64,000 nt of DNA from Lepidodermella squamata. Its lineage: Eukaryota > Animalia > Gastrotricha. Under the pieces are notes generated by a model. The model was given only the letters and a program-made list of their open reading frames with translations, ran no database searches and had not been told where the DNA came from. Positions 51,701 through 61,440 of this stretch are shown one piece after another. Location of the stretch: NCBI GenBank assembly GCA_047495785.1, contig JBLDXI010000054.1, positions 1,736,001 to 1,800,000 of the forward strand, in the 5' to 3' direction. Within the stretch, counting starts at the first letter, position 1; every line of letters starts with the position of its first letter. The position numbers and the translations under genes are program-made.

Positions 51701-51881
51701 CGTTAGCGTCGTTGAATAACTCGGATTTACGATAGTACACGTCAGTTTGAAAGTGAGCGGTGACAAGTAAAAAGTCTTTTGTTTTTGTCTCTTCATTCAT
51801 ATTAAATTCATTTTTACTTGTCACCTGTAATGTAAATAGATGTAAAGAAGCCTGAATCCGAGTTATTCAACGACGTTAACG
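51701..51881. mobile_element. Second member of the Sola1-like MITE family
   Basis: TIR CGTTAGCGTCGTTGAATAACTCGGATT. TSD atat on both sides. Confidence 0.8.
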
Positions 51882-51944
51882 ATATGTACAGGAAATTCAT
51901 AATTGAAACTTAAATAAATGCGCTAGAAATTGCAATGGCAAATA

Positions 51945-52528
51945 CAGTGCTCCTTCGTTAGTGGCACCATCGTTAAAGTACTCCCTCGTTTGTAGACCGT
52001 AATTTGGGACCCCGTAAAATAAAACAGTTGTTAGTTTTTAATTAAACAAAACATAATTGTCTGATAAATTTAAGAAATTGAGTGTGAAAAAATGTGCGTC
52101 CCTAGAAACCTAGCGGCGACTTGTCGTGGTTTTTAAGAGATCCCGTTATTTCAAGTTCAGTAGAAACAAGTTGAAAGATCATCAGTGCATTAGACCGTTC
52201 TTCTGACTTAAAAAGACTTTGATTATGCAACAGTCGTCCTGCTTTATTTAATTAAAAATCTATCAAAAATGTCGCCAGTTCATCAGAAATAAGTTCAATT
52301 CATTTCAATAACTTTCAAAATGCCCGTCTATCTTTTATCTTTTTGATTTGCAGACTTGCTTTTCTGTCCGACATAACTGACTTTATCCGTTTCCGTCTCA
52401 TTCAGCGCGCTGCCATTGCAACTGTCTATTTTTAGCTCCTCCATTCAATTAGAGCCCTCGTTGTTGCTTTCCCTTGTTTAAAGATCGGGTTTGGCTCCAG
52501 ACCCAGTGCCTTTATCGAGGGAGCCCTG
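51945..52528. mobile_element. Non-autonomous Tc1/mariner-type element related to 58358-58548
   Basis: TA|CAGTGCTCCTTCG ... CGAGGGAGCCCTG|TA. Its 3' ~60 bp resembles that of the 58358 MITE. Confidence 0.6.
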
Positions 52529-52889
52529 TAGTACAAAATCAACCTATGTGTTGACTGCAACTGGAATAAACTTCCGCTGTGCGCGAAGTAGAAGGCTCGA
52601 ACTAGGGTATTTTGGGGCCCAACTTCGATGACCAAAGGGTCCCTGTGGTGTTTTTGGGGTTTTCCAACTTCACCCTGTGAACTGGGGGAGAGGGAGGGGA
52701 TACGATACCCAATTTTCCGGCAAGAATGGCGAGACTTGACTGATATGGAAACCCAGCCCTGGGTACCAAAACTCCGAAGTCTTAAATATAATCTTCAAAT
52801 TATATAGGAGAAACGCTGTTTCTTGATTTGCAAGGAGTTGCCCGAACAAAAATCAATATCTTCATCAAATTTGGTTTATGTGAAATCTG

Positions 52890-54139
52890 TTAGTTGTAAG
52901 CAACACTCAGCACCAGAATGAGGATATCGCATAGGACCATCATAGTGCCCATTGCGCTGTAAACGCAGAGATCTGCTAGTCGGATCCTTGATATTTTGAA
53001 ATTCGAGCGATAAACAGTTATCAGATCAGAGTAATATGGATCGCAGGCGAGAGGGCACGCCAATAAAGTATAAACGGTTAAAATTGAGCTGAACAGCATC
53101 TGCAGCGCAATAAGAACCATCACGTACGCAATTTGGGCCGTTTCAGGAATTACTTCCGAAAGATATGACTGCAGGACTAAAAATGACAGCAAAACTAAGG
53201 AAATGCATCTTAACTTTGTGAACTTACAGAATTCAGTATAGAACTAACCTGTTATGCAAAATGAAGACTTTTCGCCGTTTTCTGGCGGAATGCAAGCAGA
53301 CATCAGAATTACGACTTGAAGAATGAAACAAGGCAAATAAATTCCCAGCATATAGACCTGGCATCTTCGTCTGACAACGAATGTGAGCAGGACTTCGTCG
53401 TATATCAGATTATTAGTCATATGATGGTATTTTCCTTGTGACAAGCCAATATCCTCAAGTGACCAAACATCAGCATTGCTGATGAAATTTGGATCTACGG
53501 GTATGTAACTACTAGCCGGCTGCATATTAACCTTGTTAATACTGTCGAATGACATGAGTGGGTAAACGCAGGTTTGCTTATCGAATGGGAAGTTGGAGAA
53601 ATCCATATCGCAGTAAAATTCAAGCGTAGTGGCAATTGTCAAATGAACGGCTCCATTGGACATGAAAAGTGCCCTGCTTTCTGCGGCCAATCTGCAGATT
53701 GCAGAGATGCAGATAAATCCAAATCATGTGGGCAAATAATGATGGCTTACTTTCGAAAGGGCATGCAGTTGCCAACTGCTGAGGTTACTACGACAAGGGG
53801 CGTCCAAACACCACTGCCACTTATGGTGAAATAATCTGTCGAGTTGAATCTGGCGTCTGAAGACCAAGTAGTGCAAGGATTAGTCCACCGGAAGCTGACT
53901 TGGGCTATAAAGGAGAAAATTTGCTTCTGGCTATCTATACCGAGAAATCTCATGGGTATAAAATCCGCTGTTATATTCAGTATTTCGTTGAATTTTTTGA
54001 CTGGTTTGAATTCTGACAATAGATTGCATCGCTTGACCATTTCTTGGTAGACTGAAGCTTCCTCACTCAGAAAAACAGTTTCCTCGGTTGCTGTAGCCGA
54101 ACAAGCCATTGACAATAACAATAAGGCGACTATGATCAT
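52890..54139 (-). CDS. Atypical Cys-loop LGIC subunit K
   Basis: Three exons. Cys loop CDMDFSNFPFDKQTC. M2 GEKSSFCITVLLSF. Confidence 0.9.
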
Positions 54140-54386
54140 TGCTCTGAAAAATTCCAACGTAAAGTAGGTACACGGACAACGCGACTGTCGGGGATGTGTC
54201 CACAAAAACAGCGACGCGACAAAGACAGATACATACTCACGCTTGAATTCTGCGACTTGAATTCTGTCGCGCGGGACAAACTGCTATTGTGGCTCAACAG
54301 GCTCCGTCCGAACCCCAAGCGTTGGCCGCGCAATCGCGGGTAAAAGTGGCATAAAATCATGAAAAATTACAAATAATTAGCAAAAT

Positions 54387-55138
54387 ATGTTTAGCACGGA
54401 ATTACAAGCAAAATGCTGTGACGAAAATTTACAAGGTGAAGTTCTTTATACAGCTGCGAGACGAAACCACCTCGAGATTGTTCGATTCGCGGCTGAGAAG
54501 TGGCCGAATTCGATTGAATATGTTGATGAAGAGAGAATGAACGATATAATGTTCGCAGCTCGTTATGGTCACATTGAAGTTTTGAAGTATCTTGTCACTA
54601 AGAACCCAAGCCAGGTCACTAAGCAAGACAATGAAACGTATGGTTTGTTCGCCTATGCAGTTAGAGGTGGATCGACTGTGTCAAGTTTCTAGCTGAAACT
54701 GTGCCGGAAATTGTTAGGCAACTCCATGAAGACAGAGGCTCTGCTTTGTCATTAGCTGCAGGCGAAGGGCACATGGAGGTCGTCAAGTACCTGATCGAAA
54801 TAGCCCCAGATATAGTGAAAGTACAAGGCGCACATGGCGAAACTGCGCTGGCAAATGCTGCTCGATGGAACAAAATTGAGATGGTTAAATACCTTCTGCC
54901 AAAATATGACAAAGCGGATGTTTTCATCGCATGTTTAATGGCGGCAAGTCTGAGTGCCGTCGACTGCTTGGGCGGTCATTTGGAGGTGGCGCAGTTCTTA
55001 GTGATGAAGGATCCTGAAATGATCAAATGTATCAATGATGATGGCGACACTGCCTTGACACTAGCTGAAAAGGCGGGGCATGTTGCCCTAGCGCAATTTC
55101 TTAGAGAAAACATTTCCAACTCGAGTGAAAAATATTAA
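54387..55138 (+). pseudogene. Ankyrin-repeat gene with apparent frameshift at ~54670 (pseudogene or sequence error)
   Basis: AARYGHIEVLKYL, AAGEGHMEVVKYL and GDTALTLA repeats lie in two frames with no convincing intron between them. Confidence 0.65.
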
Positions 55139-55359
55139 TAAAATCCATGTATTTATCGAAAATCAATAGTTTTCCGAATGGGATTTGTTTGAATAACGCT
55201 TTTTCGTGTTATGGGTTATAGCAGTAAAGATTGGTACATAAGGAAGACACTTTCGATACCTATGAAGCGTTCTATACCTATGAAAGTTTACTCGAAATTG
55301 ATGATATTGAGTAGTTTGAAAGTGATAAGTTTAAAGATTTTCGACCAAATGATCAAATA

Positions 55360-56065
55360 CCGTAAATGTTGAAATATTAGCCCGGGCCTCTAGATTTTCA
55401 ATGTCCAAAAAGGGTGGAAAACTGGGCTTATATTTGTATGGTATGACATGAGTAAAACGTTTATATCTGTACGGAGCCGCCCGAGATTTACGAGTCGGAA
55501 CGAGCCGGAGGCGAGTTGCGAAGAGTAAATCGAGTGCGGCGAGTTCAGATATGAACGATTTACGAATGTTATACCGTAAAATATCGAATTGTCATAGCGA
55601 CTCGACATATATTTTTGACGACAATTCTATATTTGAGATGGGTTAATAGATACAAGGAAAGAGCAAGCATTCTAACTTTATTCGTCCTCCAGAAAAATTT
55701 CTGCCTCATCATCACTGTAGTCACTATTAATCATGGGCTCGCCTTCATCATTTGAATCATCATTTTCATTTTGCTGAGATTCAGCATTGACGAAAAATGA
55801 GTCAACAGAGTCTATTCTTTCCACCTTCACAGCCACCCCGCTGACCCCTTGAAAACAGTTTACGGCTTCTGATGCTCCTTGACCAGCTGTACCGCTTTAC
55901 GCATAATCATGAGACGTGTCACCCGCGCGCGGCGGCGCCGCAATTCGCGGACGTAGCTATCCAGCTGATCCTACGGGCTACTATTCGAGATGGGCTTCTA
56001 GGTCAATGTATCGTTGCTTGGGTGGGCTACAATTCGCGAATGGGCTAGTATTTGAAAATTTACGG
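55360..56065. mobile_element. Non-autonomous Tc1/mariner-superfamily element
   Basis: TA TSD. 24-bp TIRs CCGTAAATGTTGAAATATTAGCCC / revcomp CCGTAAATTTTCAAATACTAGCCC. Subterminal gggcta repeats. Confidence 0.75.
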
Positions 56066-58357
56066 TAATTTACGTCCTCCGTATGCATGAAAATATGATG
56101 TTATTATTAGAGAAAAGAAAAAGCCTTAACCGTGAGGGTTTGAGGGCTGACGACAGGCGATCGGCTTCAGAGGCCGACAGATGTTTTGGATAATTTTTTG
56201 CTGGATCGTTGCATTTTCTGATCGCAACGTCAAATACCTTTGTGATATGACCTTTTGTATTCTGTCAAACTTCACGACTATGAGCGTTTATAATCTTACA
56301 CCCAAGGGTTGCTGATCAGCTGGATCGATGGTGAAGTTATCAGAAGGAACCAAAAATGGAAGGCATCTCGCACGACTGATATCAACCTCGTCCTAACGCC
56401 CATTGATTTATCAGAGAGTGGTTTAGAGAATTTTCGATCTGGCGATGCTATAAGGTCAATCTCACTAATGAAGATGTCTCTCAATCGCTCGGGGCGCGGC
56501 GTTCTGTGTTTTCTGCAGTTCTGCCTCCTCCTTCCTCCTCGCTAAGAACGTGATGAACTTCCCAATAAGTTGAGGAAAGGAAAGGATATCTTTGGATCGT
56601 CTTTGCGGTGATTGAAGTTTCAAGTTTAAACGTCTCCCCGTTGATCTATAACATATCCAAGCGAGTGCCTCCCCCATGCCTCTCCCTATAGCAAATATGC
56701 GCAACGTCACGTTCTAACTTAAGTATAAAAATGACATAGAGTAAAACCAGCAACTCACCAACATTTCCACCCACACTCTCTACTTTAACTTCAACAGTCT
56801 TGAAAGGCTTATAGTGCGTCCGGTCCGGATTCCTTGAGCGACATTTTCTAAGGAAATTTTAGGGGTATCAACTATTTCTTATAGGCATTCAAACGGTATA
56901 AGATATGGGAGAATCTGAGCCGAAATTACTGCGCTGTGAATAAATAAAGTCAGCTCAATATTTATAACCAATACTGTATGAGACGGTTGTATTAAGACAG
57001 CGGTTTTCAAACTTTTCGTCTCGTATGACACAGTAGTGGTACCTAGAATGGCTCATAGGCTCATTCCCGAAATGAATGAAGTTCGGTTGGGAATTGGTAC
57101 CATCGTATGAGCTTCAAATTTATAATTCATTGCTTGTCAGCATTGGGTTTTCGGCAACCTTGCTCAAAAATAAAAAAAGCCACGTGAATTTTAATCGTGT
57201 AAGTAATCGTGCGAGCGAAGCGACGTCTGACCTTTTAAAAACGAGACAATACCTCGGGGGTTTCCTAAGAAATTCATTTCTGATTATTCGTTCGTTTCTA
57301 TTAAATTTCAATTAATCATATCATCAGGTCCAGTCTGTAACGCGCTTTATTAGCAAGGGACATGGGTCGGTTTCATAAATTAATTCGTCTCGTAATCAGG
57401 GGTCGGGGAACACAGTGGCGCATTGGATCCAGCGCACCCTCATCATGATGAAGGTCATGCGTTCGATTCCAGCTGCCCACAGAGCAACATCGAAAAGGTG
57501 TTGCGGCCTCGAGCAATATTCGCTTCGCCCCAGCTCCCGAACCCGGACATGCAAAGTCTGTTTATGCGCATCTACCTGTGTTAGGCAGTATAATGCCCAC
57601 TCCTTAATTACATAAAATTATTTTTAATCAGATGCTTTCATAGATATGTACTAGCTCTAGCTGACGGTTCTTATTCCGATTTTGAGTCTGAAAATGCTTC
57701 AGAAATGCCTTGTTTCATACCGTGGATCTATTTTTTCATTTTGTCATTTTCAAACCCATAGGACACAAATTGTCGTACGGGACACTTACAAGTTCGTATA
57801 TTACACGATTGTCGATAGGACATGGTTTGGGAAACGCTGTATTAAGATACACAGTGATGCTGAGGCAGTGCCGAGCTTCAACACAGCGTCGCGCTGCGTT
57901 TGAAAGGTACCGCAGTGTTTTTATTACTCCTTCAAAAGACTATGAAATCGAATTCAGCCCAAAATTTATATCGCCATGCTCCTCTCGATGGTATAAACAT
58001 GATTACTTTCGAGGCCATTCAAACCTTGATTATTGATTATATTCAAATGGTGTATCCTTTATATTATCGCAGCAAAATGACATCAATTTTACTACTCTCG
58101 AAGACAAAATGCGTGCAGTGGGAATCAGCTAATAAACTGCCATTATTTTATTCATCTAATGTTTTTCGCTCAGACGATCATTTCGAAAGCGGCCACTTTC
58201 TAACGCATAACACGACGACGGTAGCCTTACTTTAGATCTTTAAAGCAACCTATAGCGCTAATTTAGAGCTCGAGTACTAACATGTTCCTCTGTTTGTCTA
58301 TGCGTTACCAATTAGCGGAGAATTAACTTTCATAACATGTGTGAGGCTCCAATTGTA

Positions 58358-58548
58358 CAGTACTCCCTCGAAAGGCACCCTTTTTATAAGAGCGTTTTCC
58401 TATCGAAGGCTGTATACGATAAGGAGAGGATTAGCGCCCGGATGCTGCCAATATCTCGTAATAAATGTACGGCGACTTTGATAAAAACACCCCTTTTTAA
58501 AAGAACGGGTCTGGCGCCTAACCCCGTGCTTTTATCGAGGGAGTACTG
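58358..58548. mobile_element. Tc1/mariner (pogo/Tigger-like) MITE upstream of GPCR 3
   Basis: TA|CAGTACTCCCTCGA ... TCGAGGGAGTACTG|TA perfect 14-bp TIR. Confidence 0.85.
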
Positions 58549-58714
58549 TATCAGGTTAAATTAAAGTAGGTTGAACAATTCCAAGCCATCATGTTTGGTC
58601 GCTTTTCCAAGTTGAAATGCGATGTTATACTGTTCAATGATGGAGGCTGCTATATATATGTTTATGACTAATGATGTTCAATGTTCGCCTTATAGATAAC
58701 GTTTTCGATTCAAC

Positions 58715-60991
58715 ATGCATCTCGGTGCAGCTACCAAGAAAATTCTTGCTACATGCGTCGCCCTTACAATTGCGGCAACATCAGGGCTGAAAGAAAGCAC
58801 GCTGAGGATGCTGGCTCTCGTACCACGAACCGGTTACTTACCCAGAGACGGCCGCATGTGCATGGCAGCAATGAGAGTTGCAACTGATGAAGTAAATAAG
58901 AAACTCGATATATTACCAGATTACAAAATCGAACTGGTAGTGATGGATGAGGGTCCTGTAGGCCTCTTCAGCCCGACGAATCTCATCGGCTTTATTGAAT
59001 CCCCGAGAAATAAATCCACTTTTATTTCGCCGATCATACTTGGGAGTTATTATCAATGTCAAACCTTTCATAACGTGGTCCGTGAGTTCAAAATGGCGAT
59101 GGCGAGTCCGAGTTGTACAGGCTTTGGCCTTCTCAACCGCCAAAAATTTCCCAACATCTATCGAACATCGCCTCCAAGTGGTCAAACTAACCTGGTGAAA
59201 ATTCAGATTTTAAGCCATATCGGAAAATGGCGGCAAATTGGGATCGTCGTCAATGCTGTGAATTCGAACAGTTTCGCTACCGCGAAATCGTTCTACAACG
59301 ATGCAGTTAGGTCTAATGTAAGTATTGTGTATTTCACGACGGTTACGGACTTTTCGGAGGAGGAAATCGATAATTTGATGGCAAGTGGGGCGAGAATAGT
59401 TGATCTGCTAATTGTTGAGATTCCGCTTGTCGTTAGATTCCTCTGCTATGGCTATTTACGCGGATTTAGAGCACCGAGGTTCCTGATTCTTACGCTGACT
59501 ACGAATTTTATTGACCCAGATTCATTCAGTCAATTACCACAAGGATGCACGAAGGAGATTATTGCCGAGCAGTTGAAAATTACAATTTTCTATGGGAATT
59601 CATTTACACCCGTGCAAAACTTTGGAGAAACCTACTTGGGCTACGACTTGACTGGATACATGGCCCGACTAGATAATCTCACAAACGGTACTCGATCGCC
59701 GGATTACGAGCAAAGTTTCGCTTGTCACGATTCAGCGATGCAGGCTATCGCAGCCCTCCACCAGTCAGAAATTACTCTCAAGTCGAGGAACCTTTCACTG
59801 AAAAACTTTGACGAATCACCTGGCAAGGTTTTTGAGGTTATTGAGAAGCACCTTCGCGAAACAGACTTCATGGGAATTCGAGCCGGGCGCGTAAAATATT
59901 CGACCCGGGTCGAATTTGAAACAGAAGACTTCTATGCTTTACAGAGGCATGGAAACCAAATCCGCTACCTGGCAACATTCACCTTGAAGCCCGGTTCTTT
60001 TAATGAATATACTTACACGCCACTGTCAACCCCGATTTGGCAGACATTTAGTGGTAAACCCCCGAAAGATTTATCCAATATCACTCTCATTGTCGTCAAA
60101 ATACAGTTCTTTATTCAACCAATTCTCATAACTCTAACCGGACTAGTAAGTATTTGGCAAGTGGTCTGTCTTTTCCGCAAATTTCCGGTGTCAAAAGTAG
60201 CGCGAATACTGGATTCCAGCTTTTTCCTTGGTTGCTTGTTAGTGAACGCTTCGGCCATTTTCCAGATATTTGATTCTACAACTGTTGCCATCTGCATCGG
60301 CCGGGAATTATCACTCATTATTGGTTTCTCGATATTAACCGCTGTTTTGCTCCTGAAAATTTGGGAGCTCTCAAACTCCAGAAAAGAATTTCGGTCCCAA
60401 GCCAGCATTAGAGGATCTCGATATTCGAACTTCAGAATGGTCACCTGGCGACCTGGAGCTCGAACTTCTGCAATAATGTACAAAATGCCCGAGGAACGCA
60501 AAACCAGGCTCATTTTCCTGCTAATTTTCCTGAATCTTGCATTGTATGTCGTGAGATGCTCTGTCGACCAGCCATCCGTAGAGATATCCATCAGGCCGAT
60601 TTATTACGATGAAAACGCAGATGAATACGTTCAGGTGAGAATTTACTCCTGCTGGTCGGCTAATGAAGCGCCATGGCTTGGAGGTTTTGCTCTCTTGCAT
60701 TTTCTTTTGATAGCGATTATCAGCTGTGTTCATATTCAAAATGCTCACGTGATGTTAGCGAAAAAACGAGGTCTACTGACGGTTAAGAATTTGCGTGCTG
60801 ATCGACTAACGTCTTGGAATCTCCTGATGCTATTCGTCTTTGCAGTGTTGCTTGTTTTTATTTTACCGGATGATGTTTCAGTTCGAGCAGGATGCTTCAG
60901 CGCTGTACTAATCGCGATTTCATTGTCTTCAATGACCTTGTATTCGAGTTGGAAACTGCAATCAGGAAAAATTCACCCGCAATCACTTTAA
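58715..60991 (+). CDS. Intronless GABA-B-like class C GPCR 3
   Basis: 758 aa intact paralog of 38121-40373. Confidence 0.88.
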   Translation: MHLGAATKKILATCVALTIAATSGLKESTLRMLALVPRTGYLPRDGRMCMAAMRVATDEVNKKLDILPDYKIELVVMDEGPVGLFSPTNLIGFIESPRNKSTFISPIILGSYYQCQTFHNVVREFKMAMASPSCTGFGLLNRQKFPNIYRTSPPSGQTNLVKIQILSHIGKWRQIGIVVNAVNSNSFATAKSFYNDAVRSNVSIVYFTTVTDFSEEEIDNLMASGARIVDLLIVEIPLVVRFLCYGYLRGFRAPRFLILTLTTNFIDPDSFSQLPQGCTKEIIAEQLKITIFYGNSFTPVQNFGETYLGYDLTGYMARLDNLTNGTRSPDYEQSFACHDSAMQAIAALHQSEITLKSRNLSLKNFDESPGKVFEVIEKHLRETDFMGIRAGRVKYSTRVEFETEDFYALQRHGNQIRYLATFTLKPGSFNEYTYTPLSTPIWQTFSGKPPKDLSNITLIVVKIQFFIQPILITLTGLVSIWQVVCLFRKFPVSKVARILDSSFFLGCLLVNASAIFQIFDSTTVAICIGRELSLIIGFSILTAVLLLKIWELSNSRKEFRSQASIRGSRYSNFRMVTWRPGARTSAIMYKMPEERKTRLIFLLIFLNLALYVVRCSVDQPSVEISIRPIYYDENADEYVQVRIYSCWSANEAPWLGGFALLHFLLIAIISCVHIQNAHVMLAKKRGLLTVKNLRADRLTSWNLLMLFVFAVLLVFILPDDVSVRAGCFSAVLIAISLSSMTLYSSWKLQSGKIHPQSL

Positions 60992-61440
60992 ATAGGCAGC
61001 TGAAGCCGCTTGACCTGTGGCCACAGAGCTAGTTTTAAGGTAGAGGTCCTACTCCTGGCGGAGCGTGCAATTCCGGGCCCCCCTTAGTTCCGTGCAGGGT
61101 AAAAATTCAAAAAACGCCTATTTTGCGCGTTTTCTTCACGCAAGTATAATAAAAATGATAATTTATTTATAAATAAACGTTTTATTTATTTTATCACGAA
61201 AAATGGAAGCCATTACTGTATTATCACGTGATGTAGAAAAATGCGGTTCCCGCGGACTGCGGTTCTTAGCAGAAAATCGCTGAGTGCTGAGTGTTAACTG
61301 AAGCAAGGTTGTAGCTGCAGTTAACACTTGTGACTTGTGACCAGTAAAACGAGTATTTTGATATGTCTTAGCATCGCGGGGCATTTCTGAAGTCCTCATT
61401 TCACACAAAACTCATGTTTTTATGGTAATTGAGTTTTGGA

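Noticed and set aside
56290-56850. Possible minus-strand gene with an intron-like gap
   Set aside because: Stops in all frames and no recognisable domain; at most a decayed relic.
61020-61100. tRNA/SINE-like sequence (GGTAGAG ... GCAATTCC)
   Set aside because: No convincing cloverleaf; more likely the terminal region of the adjacent transposon.
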